From Octopus sinensis (taxonomy: Eukaryota), in assembly GCF_006345805.1 (NCBI RefSeq), contig NC_042998.1, positions 2,108,001 through 2,172,000 of the forward strand: a DNA stretch of 64,000 nt, written 5' to 3'. The position numbers and the translations under genes were made by a program. Under the pieces are notes generated by a model, which did no database searches, was not told where the DNA came from, and saw only the letters and a list, made by a program, of their open reading frames with translations. Each line of letters opens with the position of its first letter. Within the stretch, counting starts at the first letter, position 1. Positions 35,898 through 47,890 of this stretch are shown here, in pieces.

Positions 35898-36434
35898 CAC
35901 CCTTTTCAAGCCTAGCCAGGCTCATGGGCCCAGTTTCCCGGTTTCTGTGGTGTATGTTTCCCCCCCAGCTGGATGGGATGCCAGTCCATTGCAGTGTAAC
36001 CCAAGAAACAGGGAAAAAGAGTGAGAGAAAGTTGGGGTGAAAGAGCACGACAGGGGTCGCCACCACCCCTGCCAGAAAGTCGTGAAGCTTTAGGTGATTT
36101 CACTCAATAAACACACACAACACCCAGACTGGGAATTGAAACCACGATCCTCTGATCGCGAGTCCGCTGCCCTAACCACTGGGCCATTGCGCCCTTTAAA
36201 AGCCTAGCCAGGCTCATGGGCCCGGTTTCGCGGTTTCAGTGGCGTATGTGTTCCCCAGCTGCACGGGACACCAGTCCATCGCAGCGTTACTCATTTTTGC
36301 CAGCTAAGTGGACTAGAGCAACGTGAAATGAAGTGTTTTGCTCAAGAACACAACGCATCGCCTGGTCCAGGAATTGAAACCACAATCTTACGATCATGAT
36401 ACTGACACCCTAACCACTAAACCACGTGCCTCCA
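35898..36434 (-). mobile_element. Head-to-tail dimer of tRNA-headed SINEs carrying a V-domain-like core
   Basis: Both monomers share a CTGC(A/G)ATGGACTGG core and the ...CCCATGAGCCTGGCTAGGCTT tail; monomer 1 matches the plus-strand copy at 45880-46172. Confidence 0.8.
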
Positions 36435-36649
36435 CAGATTTTAATTTAGATTTCTTTAAAACAGTAAGTTTGCGTCCTAGGACTCGTTAGCAAAAGAGTT
36501 AGGGTGCTTACATATAGTGTGATGATTCCTATTGGCCTTGTATGTTGTGTGTTTTCAATTAATATAAGAAATACACGATTAGTCTAATTACCATAGAGGA
36601 GAATCAATCCACAGCCCTGGTCTAAATTCATGGGGTATTTTTTTTTCTT

Positions 36650-37045
36650 CTTTACTTGTTTCACTCTTTGGCCTGCAGCCATGCTGGGATACAGCCTGGA
36701 AGGGTTTAGTTAAACAAATCAAGCCTAGTAATTATTTATTTTTAAACCTATAACTTATTCTATTGAACAACTAACTTATGGGGATGTAAACAAATCAACA
36801 CCTGTTGGCAAGCAGTGGGGGAGGACAAACAGACACAAAGCCATGTACACACATACACACAGATATATGAATAGATATATACATATGCAATGGGCTTCCA
36901 CACAATTTCCATCAACCAAATTCTCTCACAAGGCTTTGGTTGGCCTGACGCTGTAGTAGACAACACTTGCCTAGGGTGCCACTGAGTGGGACTGAACCAG
37001 AAACCACATGGTTGCAAAGCAAGCTTTTTAACCACACAGCCATGC
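36650..37045 (-). mobile_element. SINE family A, diverged
   Basis: Reverse complement of the family motifs. Confidence 0.82.
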
Positions 37046-37181
37046 ATATGCCTATATATATATATATACAGTTATCTAAATATTTCATGATAATTGTGAA
37101 ATTGATATTTACATAAGAGGTGATTAATATCATTTATTTGTCAGAAACTAGCATAGTAATTAACTCATATTTTGATCACAA

Positions 37182-37412
37182 GGTGGCGAACTGGCAGAAA
37201 CGTTAGCAGGCCGGGCGAAATGCGTAGCCGTATTTCGTCTGTTGTTACGTTCTGGGTACAAATTCAGCCGAGGTTGACTTTGCCTTTCATCCTTTCGGGG
37301 TCGATAAATTAAGTACCAGTTACGCACTGGGGTCGATGTAATCGACTTAATCCGTTTGTCTGTCCTTGTTTGTCCCCTCTATGTTTAGCCCCTTGTGGGT
37401 AGTAAAGAAATA
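37182..37412 (+). mobile_element. Full-length SINE family B with a perfect 16-bp TSD
   Basis: TSD CATATTTTGATCACAA at 37166-37181 and 37413-37428. Confidence 0.92.
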
Positions 37413-37508
37413 CATATTTTGATCACAACATTTTTTTCTTTATTTATCTTTACATTATTTTCTCAATTGTAATTTTCAAAATCTTAATTCCTCTTTTTAT
37501 TTTACTAG

Positions 37509-37751
37509 ATTTCCACTGATATGAATTGGGGGAAAAGCTGCCCCAAGAATGTCACTTTGGCCTATACAAAAGCTGTTGGAAATAAAGACACTCTCCATTA
37601 TGTATACAGTTCTGCTGAGCTAATGTCTCTATTGGCCATAAAGACTGTAAAGGATGCTGAGCTGCAACTCAACTGTTCAGAAATGCCTCCATCAGTTACT
37701 CTGGAATCACCTACAAGTGAAATTTACTCATATGGCATAATATTTAATCAG
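37509..37751 (+). CDS. GLMP: GLMP exon 2
   Basis: tactag acceptor, CAG|GTAAGT donor. ISTDMNWG...KAVGNKDTLHYVYSS...YGIIFNQ matches human 'RAVGTNSTLHYVWSS...ALVFTR'. Confidence 0.92.
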
Positions 37752-38479
37752 GTAAGTAAGACATTTATATTTTAATTATTGTAAATTATTATAATTATTA
37801 CAGGGCCTAAATAATGAGACGTCAGTTGTAATACGTTAAGCATCAACCTCACAGAACCCACCAGTCTGAGAGGACAAAGGTCATGGACGTTACTCTTTTA
37901 CCTCCACCTGAATAATCTATTACCATATTAAGTATTTAAAAGGTAGCAAACTGACAGAATCATCAGCATGCTGGGAAAAATGCTTGGCGGCAATTTGTCT
38001 TTATGTTCTGAGTTCAAATTCCACCATTGGTCAACTTTACCTTTCATCCTTTTAGTGTCGATAAAATGCATAAGATGTAATCAACACATCCTCTCTCTGG
38101 CACACTACCAAAATTTGAAACCATTATTAAGTACTTGATCATTTGATCTGTCTGTCTGCCCTCCCTCTCTCTTTCTCTCCTTATCTTTCTCTTAGAGAGG
38201 GAGGGAGAGAGAGAGAGCAAATCAATAGCAAAATACCAAATCAGTTATAAAAAGCAACAAAAGTTCTAGGGACATTCACAGTTAATATTATTATAATTTG
38301 ATGCCCAAAGAAGGCAAAAACTTATGAAGTAAAAGTGTGTTTCAGACAATGTCCTTCACTGGATATGCAGATAAAAGCCCAGGGAGGAAGAGAAAGAATG
38401 GAGGAAAAGAGATAAGAAAGAGAGAGCCGGGAAAAAGTGTACATGAGTACTTCACATGTCTGATATATATATTGTGCTC

Positions 38480-38614
38480 AACTAGTACTTATTTTACCGA
38501 CCCTGAAAGGATGAAAGGCAAAGTCAACCTCAGCAACATTTGAACTCAGAACTTAAAGACAGACAAAATGCTGCTAAGTATTATGCCTAGCATGCTAACT
38601 ATTCTGCCAGCTCA

Positions 38615-38615
<1 letters not shown>
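38480..38615 (-). mobile_element. SINE family B, 5' part
   Basis: Reverse complement of GAGCTGGCAGAATAGTTAGCATG...GAGTTCAAAT...GAGGTTGACTTTGCCTTTCATCC. Confidence 0.8.
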
Positions 38616-38669
<54 letters not shown>

Positions 38670-38735
38670 GTATATATATGTATATATATGTATATATATA
38701 TGTATATATATATGTATATATATATGTATATATAT

Positions 38736-39223
38736 AAATATGAGAGAGTGACCACTATGTGGTTCACTCTAGTGCTAAAAATAGATCCGCTAATGGTATA
38801 GCCACTAAAAGTTGTTTACAAGAAGAAATACCACTACATTTAATGTAAGGTAAGTGAAATATAATGAAAAAAATAGATTAACCCTGAACAATTGTTTCAT
38901 TATTAATGTAGTATGCATTTTTACTTACACAACATCCATAAATCTTCAGCAGAGGTTTGTCTTAAATACAATTTATTAAATCGCAGCGAGCGGCAAATAC
39001 ACGTGCGGTTTAACCGATTGTATTCGTAGTTATGATTCAAATTCCCCCGCCAAAAGAGCGATAAGACTTACTGGAAACGAGTACTGCATAAAATATTTAC
39101 TGCAGTATAATTAAGTTTATAAATGAGGGTGAAAAATCCCTTGGTTTTTATGTGCTAAGCCACTTGGTGTTAAATTGATGGTATTATTAAATTAATATCA
39201 AATTTTTCACCCTCATTTATAAA
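38736..39223. mobile_element. Composite element between (TA)n tracts, ending in a ~107-bp mini-element with 21-bp TIRs
   Basis: TTATAAATGAGGGTGAAAAAT at 39117-39137 and its reverse complement at 39202-39222; 5' part homologous to the 31387 element. Confidence 0.75.
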
Positions 39224-39255
39224 TATATATATATATCTGTCTGTCTGTTTGTCTG

Positions 39256-39292
<37 letters not shown>

Positions 39293-39470
39293 TAATAATT
39301 AGAGCAAAGCATCAAAGTGAATTGGGCAAAAAAAAAAGTCAGCACTTGTGATTGGGAAATAAAGAATCAAATTTAATCAGTTAAAAGAAACTCCACACTT
39401 GGTAAAAGCAAACATGGTTATCTAAGGACATACAACTATTCTAGAATTACAAATTATGAACTCACCTATG

Positions 39471-39761
39471 CTTAGATTCCAAAAGGACAGCCTCAACCAT
39501 CTTTGTATCTCAGACAACAGTCTAAACAATGCTAAGATCACAAAAGACTGCTTTAACAGTCTTAGATTACAAAAGCCAAATCTTAACCAACTTGGGATTC
39601 CTAAAGACAGTTTCAAGCATGCTAGGACCACAAGACGATCATACTAGGATCAAAAGAGGACAGTCTCAATCATGCTAGGATCACAAGAGATGGTCTCAAC
39701 AGTACTAGGGTTGCATAAAAACTGTCTTGGCCACATTAGGATAAAAAAAAGATAGTCGCAA
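39471..39761. repeat. Diverged ~30-bp minisatellite, about 10 units
   Basis: Consensus about CTAGGATCACAAGAGACAGTCTCAACCATG; unit lengths 29-31 nt with one 22-nt unit. Confidence 0.8.
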
Positions 39762-39821
39762 GGGAATCAAATCAAAGTTACTTATTTTCATTGCTGAGTC
39801 TCATGGGGTTTGCATTTATTC

Positions 39822-40024
39822 TTTTATTTGTTTCAGTCATTTGTCTGTGGCTATGCTGGAGCACCACCTTTAGTTGAGCAAATCAACCCCAGGACTTATT
39901 CTTTGTAAGCCTAGCACTTATTCTATCGGTCTCTTTGGCCGAGCCACAAAGTTACTGGGACGTAAACACACCAGCATCGGTTGTCATGCGATGCTGGGGG
40001 GACAAACACAGACACACAAACATA

Positions 40025-40059
<35 letters not shown>

Positions 40060-40233
40060 TCATACATACACACACGATGGGCTTCTTTCAGTTTCCGTCT
40101 ACCAAATCCACTCACAAGGTTTTGGTTGGCCTGAGGCTATAGTAGAAGACACTTGCCCAAGATGCCACGCAGTGGGACTGAACCTGGAATCATGTAGTTG
40201 GTAAGCAAGCTCCTTACCAGACAGCCACTCCTG
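39822..40233 (-). mobile_element. SINE family A, full length
   Basis: Reverse complement of the family motifs. Confidence 0.92.
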
Positions 40234-40452
40234 TAACATAACAATCATTCCACGAAGGTGTCAGCTAGGCAATGTTGGTTCAACTTCCCCTGAACACTCA
40301 TTTTAGTCTTTTTTTTTAATATATGCCATTTTCAGTTGCTCTCATAGTTTAAAAAAAATGTAAATATGTAATGTCTGTTTGATGTGTGTTGTGTGGTTTG
40401 TGTAATTGAGGTCAGAAAGTTGTTATTCTTGTATTCTCTTTTTGACTTCCAG

Positions 40453-40629
40453 ATTATAACATATAATGACACTGGTGATAGTGCAAATCTTTTGGATGCA
40501 AACTTCACTGGATGGCAAAATTACTCCACAGGAGATATGATATGGAAAATTTCACAAAACAAATCTAAACCAGATGATAACTTGGTTGTTTTGGAAACTT
40601 TTAGGGGTAATGGAAGCTTTCAGTTTGAT
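40453..40629 (+). CDS. GLMP: GLMP exon 3
   Basis: ttccag acceptor, GAT|GTAAGT donor; IITYNDTGDSANLL...GNGSFQFD with 5 N-glycosylation sequons; phase 0/0. Confidence 0.9.
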
Positions 40630-41008
40630 GTAAGTAAAATTGTTTTTATTTATTCTTTAAAAATTTGTAATTATTGAAGTGTACTGATATTTCATTTGAA
40701 AATTTTAAATCTGCAAAGCATGTTCAACTTTGTTTAAGAATGAAAAAATTTTTTTTTTAAAACTTAATACTGAAATCATCATTAATGACAAAAGAATATA
40801 TTCTCAAATTTTAAACCTATCTTAAGATGTTGAAGGGACTTGAAAATCATTTGATTTTGATTGAAGAATACATAGAAATTAAAGAGTATTTCTAGGAATT
40901 AGGATTCTTCAGGAACTGAGAATTTGTAGGTGGATCAAGCAGACTTATGACAAGTTTTTTTGCCATGACCATCCTAACTTTTTGCATATCTTTCAGTATT
41001 GTCTCATG

Positions 41009-42750
41009 CAGTGGTTCTTGACCTTTTCCTGGCCATCACCCACTAAAAGCTATTTTTGACATAAGCTAATTGATAATCATTCACCAAAAAATGATAACAA
41101 ATATTAAATATAATGTAATTATGACTAATCAACACTAAAAAATTTTGTACATGTAAATGCAAAAGAAAAACGAATTAAAATAACACTTTATTCTAAATTT
41201 AAATGTAGAAAAGGACTGACTAAGGTGAGCCCTGAGATTGGTGCTGTTCCACTAAAAATTCAATGTCAGGCTTAATGCTACTCAAACTGATATGAATATA
41301 TCCACATGAAACAATGTCAACTCTGTTTCTTTCCTTCTGCAAAATGTGACTGACAGTACTAAAACCTGTTTTGACAAGATATGATGTCGGGAAACAGAAA
41401 TGGATTTTCGACATTTGTGACCACAAATTTGGAGAGAGTGATTTTGCAGTGTCTGATTGCCAAAATTGAGACAATCTTTCTTTTTTGAACTTAGTTTGAA
41501 ATTCATCTTTACATTTCATCTCGATGACTGCCTCTTGGATATTTTTGTGTGCACTGTGAGGATCACAATTGAAGGGGTCAGTCATCCATGGCTGAATAGT
41601 GAAGTTAAATAAATCGGCAAATTTGGTTTCTAGATCATTTATCAAGGTAGACAGATGGTCACAATAAATACCAATGTCATTTTCACATAAGTCGATTTCT
41701 GCTAGTTTGGGCAAATTATGAAACCATCCTAGTTTTGAATTAACTTGAAAAAGATTGAGCTTTTAACTCTCATCACCCATTTACAATCTGTCAGCATTAT
41801 CATTTTCCCCTGCAGCAGAAGAGAGACCTCGTTCAGCTTACCAAAAATCCAACTAAGTGTATGTTCTTTTGAGCTTGAATTTCAGCAGCTAAGTCTGAGT
41901 GTCCTTCTGTTAGTAAGAATACAACTATTGTATTAAATAACTTTACAAATCTTTCCAAGCAGTTGCCTTTGGAAAGCCAATGGACATCGGTATGCAAAAG
42001 AAGTCTTATATATTGTTCATCTGCATTGGCACAAAATTTTCAAAAAAGACAGTCACATTTACTGTTAGATTTCATTTTGTTTATTGTTTTTATAACAGTG
42101 TTCAATGACTGATTTAAAATAGGGCTTATATTTTTTAGCCACGAGGCTATGCCTGTGTAGCACACAATGTATAACTAGAATTTGGGGATACAACTTTTTT
42201 AAATGAGAGATAAATCCTTTGTGTTTCTCAACCATAGACATTGCACCATCTGTAGCACATAAAACTAAATTTTCATAATATGGAATTTCTTTTTCTTCAA
42301 ATGTAGAAGTACCCGTTGTGTCAGTCTCCAACAGTTTTACAAATAATAAATCTTGTAAGGCACAGTTTCTATCAAAATATCACAGATATCCCATTAAAAG
42401 GGCCTTATTGTCAATAACTGTGCTTTCGTCAGTTTGATTAAAAAATGTCATTGTTTTAATCTTTGAATTAGTATGTCTTTGATATGACCTGACATTTCAT
42501 CAATTCTCTTACAGATAGAATCATTACTCAAAGGATGAGCTTTAATGATAGATGAAGGATCTTGATTTGTAACTTCTGATATTACTGCTTCTGATGCAGG
42601 CACAATAGGTTTTTCTGCTATCATATGTGCACCTTTTTGCAATAACTTTTGCAATTTTGTAGGAAGCATTCAATCCACTGAATTTTTGTCTGTTTCTTAA
42701 ATACTGATTTAACAGTACTCCGATGTTCAAAATCAGTTTTCAATCCCTCA
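41009..42750 (-). mobile_element. hAT Charlie/Buster-type (ZBED5/FAM200-like) transposase relic
   Basis: Peptides ATDGAMSMVEKHKGFISHLKK, IHCVLHRHSLVAK, FPTSYLVKTGFS...KERNR...HQSQGSP; CAGTGGTTCTT terminus at 41009; frameshifted. Confidence 0.85.
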
Positions 42751-42764
42751 AAATATTTGATAGG

Positions 42765-42815
<51 letters not shown>

Positions 42816-43008
42816 TACAACAGACTGCTTTCAGTTTCCATTTACTAGATCCACTCATAAAGCTTTGGTTAATTGAGGACTACATGGTACCATGGTCCCA
42901 TGCAGTGAGACTGAACCCCTGCATAGATATTGAACACATGTAAGATATTTAAATTCATTTATAAAGCTTACTCATTAACTTAATTTTGTATATTTTGTTT
43001 CTCTCCAG

Positions 43009-43224
43009 TTCCAAGTCAGTAACGATGCTCGTCAGACGCAACTTCCTCACTTGCAATTAAATGATAATTTGACTCTCGTGGGATTCAGCGTTGATGGGGT
43101 TCCTGCAGATTTTGTTAATTCACGTTTTGCCCTCAATACCACCTATATCTCTTCTTATCAAAGCAAATTTGACGTAAACTCAGTAAAGTCATTAGATGAT
43201 GAATATACTCCTGGTGTATTTAAG
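43009..43224 (+). CDS. GLMP: GLMP exon 4
   Basis: ctccag acceptor, AAG|GTAAGT donor; ...QLPHLQLNDN...SRFAL...KSLDDEYTPGVFK matches GLMP 'LP.LLH...SRFAL...SIDDEYAPAVFQ'. Confidence 0.93.
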
Positions 43225-43925
43225 GTAAGTAACTACACTTTTGATGCTGATATTTGGTATTTGTAGACTACTTTCTTTGGGGTCTTATGTTGTGCCTTGC
43301 TGTTCTTATTAATTTTTAGTATACATATTTGCACTGCGCTAAATCTGCCATAAATTTATATGGCAGATCGATTTAGCCAAACAGTCTAAGCAACAAAGCA
43401 GTCACTGCTGGCGAAATTATGGCTGAGAGACAAAAGCAATCTTGTCATGGGGAGGTTATCTCCACTCTCAGTGAATATATATCGTGCGCTTCATACAGCA
43501 TTAAGGGTTTTAACTCTTATTTCTTGCAATATAGGTGCAATCACAATTAGTGACAATAAAATTTTTCCTTTATGGTCTTATATTGTTCCTAGCTGTTTAA
43601 ATTAATTTATATATATATGTATATATATTTATATATATATATATATGTATATTGTATGCATATGTTTGTGTCTCCTTCACTTGACATTGCTTGATGGTTG
43701 TAAATGATTGTCGTCACGGTCATGTAGGCAGCAACCATCATTTCCAATATTCTGTGATAATCTGTGTGGCTGTAGGAAAACATGACCTTGCTTGGAAACA
43801 GGTCAGTGTTAGCAACAGGAAACACATCTGGTCATAGAATATCTGCTTCAATAAACTCCATCCGACTCATACAAACATGGAAAAGTGGGACATTAAAACA
43901 ATGATGATATATATATTTATATATA

Positions 43926-43993
<68 letters not shown>

Positions 43994-44464
43994 GAATTTA
44001 CAAAAAAAAAAAAACAAAACAAAAGATGAAGATGGGTGTGTAAACAAGAAACAGATGTATTAGTTTAACACTTGGGAAGTGAGCAAGTATTTTACGTTTC
44101 GAGCCTATGCTCTTCAACAGAAAGGAACACAGAAATAAATAGAGAGAAAATATAAAAAAGGTTTAGTGGCTAGCGATCAATATACATATGTATTAATATT
44201 TAGCACAAGCAACAGAGTGAGTCAAGGGCCATGAGTTTTGTGCATTGGCACTTATCAAAGAGTTTGATAAGTGCCGACACATGAAACTCATATGCATATA
44301 CCCATACTCTGAGTTCTATTTTTCTCGTTTGCTTCACTGTATGTATATATATATATATATAGTTTGTCAACTACCAGCAATGGGAATCAAACAAATAAAT
44401 AAAAAAAAAACATGGTTACACATTTAGCTTTAAAAGCATCTAAAAGCAGATGGATTTGTTACTG

Positions 44465-44536
44465 GGCAGTTTAGCTTAATGGTAAAGCATTTGGCTGGAA
44501 TCTTCAAGTGATATGGGTTTGATTCCCATAGCTGGT
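44465..44536 (+). pseudogene. tRNA-like 72-mer (tRNA pseudogene or orphan SINE head)
   Basis: D-stem GCTT/AAGC, T-arm ATGGG-TTTGATT-CCCAT, acceptor stem 6/7 with wobbles; anticodon stem poorly paired. Confidence 0.45.
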
Positions 44537-45281
44537 GGTTGACAAATTTTTCCACTTTGTAAGGGTAATTTACCCAAGATTCCTGCTGTTCTAATGGCAT
44601 CTCTGCATTTGAAAATAAATTATCATCTTATTTGTACATATATATTTATATACACATTTTGGTGCTTATAAAAAAATGTTAGTTTCTTTATATTTATATT
44701 ATAACTATTTACTATAAATTAAAGTCTAAATAATAAGTAAGTAAACTAAATATATATATTATATTTAAATTAATTTATATTACTATAATTAATATATCTT
44801 AAAAATTTATATAATCATTTATTTATTAGCTAAGCCTATTATATAGATAATTTAATTTATGTTTACATTTAATTTTACGTTCCTCCAATGAGTTTACTAA
44901 CACATAATTCATCATCGTTTAACGTCCGCTTTCCATGCTAGCATGGGTTGGACAAATTGTTATTAAATAATATTTCTTTAAATTCGTTATTACAGAGTAT
45001 AAGTAACATAACCGGAAGTTACATCAACAGTCCTTCTTGATCTGCATATAACATGTTAATTAGTTACATATCTAATCAAACAGTATTTATACTGAACACA
45101 GTTTAAACAATAATAATATCTAAAGTGTATAATATAGGTATACATACAGTTATTTAGAAGGTTTTTAGTTGTGAAAAGTTTCACAAAAATAGATGTAAAT
45201 TATGTTATTTAATCCTGTTTATAAAGTTTTGTCTCAGTTTGTCTAGTTTTCTTATTTTGCTGACGTTTCAATCATTTACAG

Positions 45282-45547
45282 GTCACTACTTGGTCCTCCC
45301 ATAAGAAATCCTACCACAGTTTCATGCAATGGAAAGCTGTCTGCTATTTAACAGATGAATATGAACGCAAAGATTCCACTGCGGTTCAAGTCTATCAGTT
45401 ATGGAATTCTACTGCTGGTGCTGTAAATGAGAGTGTTGCTTATAAATTCTTCAAGATGAGGCATGATATCTCCATGCAAAGTACTTATATTTCTTTTGGT
45501 TTGACAAATGATGCAAAATATTACAACACAACACAGTTTATTTCTTG
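45282..45547 (+). CDS. GLMP: GLMP exon 5
   Basis: ttacag acceptor, TG|GTAAG donor; ...SFMQWKAVCY...ISFGLTNDAKYYNTTQFIS(W) matches GLMP 'GFAQWRPVAY...SFG......Y....YLSW'. Confidence 0.93.
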
Positions 45548-45754
45548 GTAAGATTTTTGAAAAAATATTTTATTTTCTTATGTAAGCATTTAGTTACAGG
45601 CATGGCTGGTTGGTTAAGAAGTATATGCTTCACAACCACACAGTTTTGAGTTCAAGTCCCACTGTGAGATATCCTGGGGGTGTGCCTGCTAGTATAAGAT
45701 AATGGATAATATATATGTGTGTGATGATGATGATGTGTATGTATATATACACAC

Positions 45755-45788
<34 letters not shown>

Positions 45789-45803
45789 GGTTTCAACACA
45801 CAT

Positions 45804-45877
<74 letters not shown>

Positions 45878-45879
45878 GT

Positions 45880-46172
45880 GGAGGTGCAATGGCCCAGTGG
45901 TTAGGGCAGTGGACTCGCAGTCGGAGGATCGCAGTTTCAATTCCCATACTGGGCATTGTGTGTGTTTATTGAGCGAAAATACCTAAAAGCTCCACGAGGC
46001 TCTGACTGGGGGTGGTGGCGACCCCTGTTGTACTCTTTCACCACAACTTTCTCTCACTCTCTCTTCCTGTTTCTTGAGTAACGCTGCAATGGACTGGCAT
46101 CCCGTCCGGCTGGGGGGAACACATACGCCACGGAAACCGGGCCCATGAGCCTGGCTAGGATTGAAAAGGGCG
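45880..46172 (+). mobile_element. tRNA-headed SINE with V-domain-like core
   Basis: GGCCCAGTGGTTAGGGC A-box, GTTTCAATTCC B-box, CTGCAATGGACTGGCATCCCGTCC core. Confidence 0.82.
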
Positions 46173-47589
46173 ATGTTTATCGTTTTATATATATATATAC
46201 ATATATATGTGTGTGAATATATTTATATATACACATACACATGTATATTTAGCTTGGAAGGGCATCTAGTTGTAAAATCCATGCCAAAACAGACCTTGCT
46301 GCTGCCATGTAAAAAGCACTCAGCTTACTCTGCAAGATGGTTGGTGTTAGGAAGGGCATCCAGCTGTAAAAACCCTGCAAAACAGACAGTGAAGCCTGGT
46401 GCAGTGTCTTCTGTTTAGCCAGCCCCTGTCAAACCATCAAACCCATGCTAGCATGGAAAACAGACATTAAATTACACACAACCTACCTGTGTTTGGTTCT
46501 GTTTTCAAGTTCATGTTTATTTGAGTTCTGTGAATTAGCAGTTTCACAAATAGAATTCGATAAAATAAGACAGATCTGAAAGAAAATGAATACTGGGGTT
46601 AATATCATCAAACAGACCATTAAAGATGATCCCCATGCCTGGTATGACTGAAACTAATGATATAAATTTTACTAGTTTAGGCACACGGCTAGAAATTCTG
46701 AGGAGAAGGGTTGATACCATTGGTCTCAATACTTGGCTGGTACATTATTTTATTGACCCTGAAAGGATGAAAAGCAAAGTTGACCTTGGTGGGATTTGAA
46801 CACAGTGTAAAAAGTTGGAAAGCATAACAATCAATAATATTAATGCATCAACTTGTTTTTGTACATATGTACCTGTGGTGTGTGTCACAATTTACTTCAA
46901 AGGAAGAAATGAGTGGCAAAGCAGAAGAGAGGAAGTGAGAGAGATAGTGAGTGGTGATGGTGTTTGTTTTGTGTTTTTAACTGTTTATCACATCACAAGA
47001 AAAGTAGATACATAGATGGAAAGAAAAGTTGACACATAGATACATAAACACATTGTTAGATCAAAGACGAATAACTACAGCAAATATTGGATGTCACTTT
47101 CACTTTTCATTACCACACGAGGATAAAATTAACTTGCAAGTGGCTGAGTACTCCACAGACATGCATACCATTAACATAATACTCAGAGATTCAGCCTCAC
47201 ACAAAATATAAGGCTGGCCCCTTTCAATTCTAGCTACAAGTCATTTTGACCAGCCGAGTGCACTGGAGCAAGATAAACCTTCAAGTGGTTAGAAGAAAAT
47301 GAAAAAAGTTCCTGTATAGGGGCAGGAAAATCTTTTTAGTCGTTAGGGTCACTATGTGTGTTAATCTGGTCCTAACAGCAGCATTTTTGGATCTCACAGA
47401 TCTGGAGGCTTGGCCTCCGGATAAACACCGATGTGTAGGCTGTTGTTATCAAACTGGGCAGGAGTCGAGGGTGACAGAATAGAAGTTATTTCATCTCAGC
47501 TTTCACTGCTTATACTAAACACATAACATTTTTGCTTTACGATTTGAACATTTCTTTTTCTTTCACTCTTTTTAAAAAATGGCAATCCG

Positions 47590-47890
47590 TCGGTTATGAC
47601 GACACGGTTCCTATTTATCTGATCAACAGAACAGTCTGCTTGTAAAATCAACATGCAAGTGGCTGAGTACTCTACAGAAATGCATACCATTATGTAGTTC
47701 TCGGGGAGATTCAGAATATGACATGGCTAGCCCCTTTGAATCTCAGCTACAACTCAATTTTGCCAGCTGAGTGGACAGCAGCAAATTGAAGTTGAGTACC
47801 TTGCTCAAGAACACAGTGCATTGCAGGGAATCATATTCACAATTTTATGATCATGAGCTGAATACCCCTGACCGCCGAGCCATGCACCTA
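47590..47890 (-). mobile_element. SINE family E (second fragment at ~47030-47270)
   Basis: Reverse complement of CTTGAGCAAGG...CCACTCAGCTGGCAAAA...GAGTACTCAGCCACTTGCATG. Confidence 0.75.

Noticed and set aside
39471-39761. CRISPR-like spacing of ~30-bp units
   Set aside because: No invariant repeat alternating with unique spacers, no cas genes, and the DNA is eukaryotic
39935-40204. Recurrent ORFs containing 'YDRLLSVSVYQIHSQG...EDTCPRCHAVGLN' or 'FRLPNPLTR...GTEPGTM'
   Set aside because: Translations of SINE family A in different frames, found at more than ten loci
43338-43392. Hairpin ATCTGCCATA/TATGGCAGAT followed by CTAA as a Helitron 3' end
   Set aside because: CTAA is followed by G rather than T, no 5' TC end was identified, and it is single-copy in the window
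44640-44900. Extremely AT-rich stretch as a possible mitochondrial insertion (NUMT)
   Set aside because: No mitochondrial rRNA, tRNA or protein motif recognised; a BLAST against cephalopod mtDNA would be needed
45630-45986. ORFs rich in YIYIYI / THTHTH
   Set aside because: Translations of (TA)n and (CA)n microsatellites
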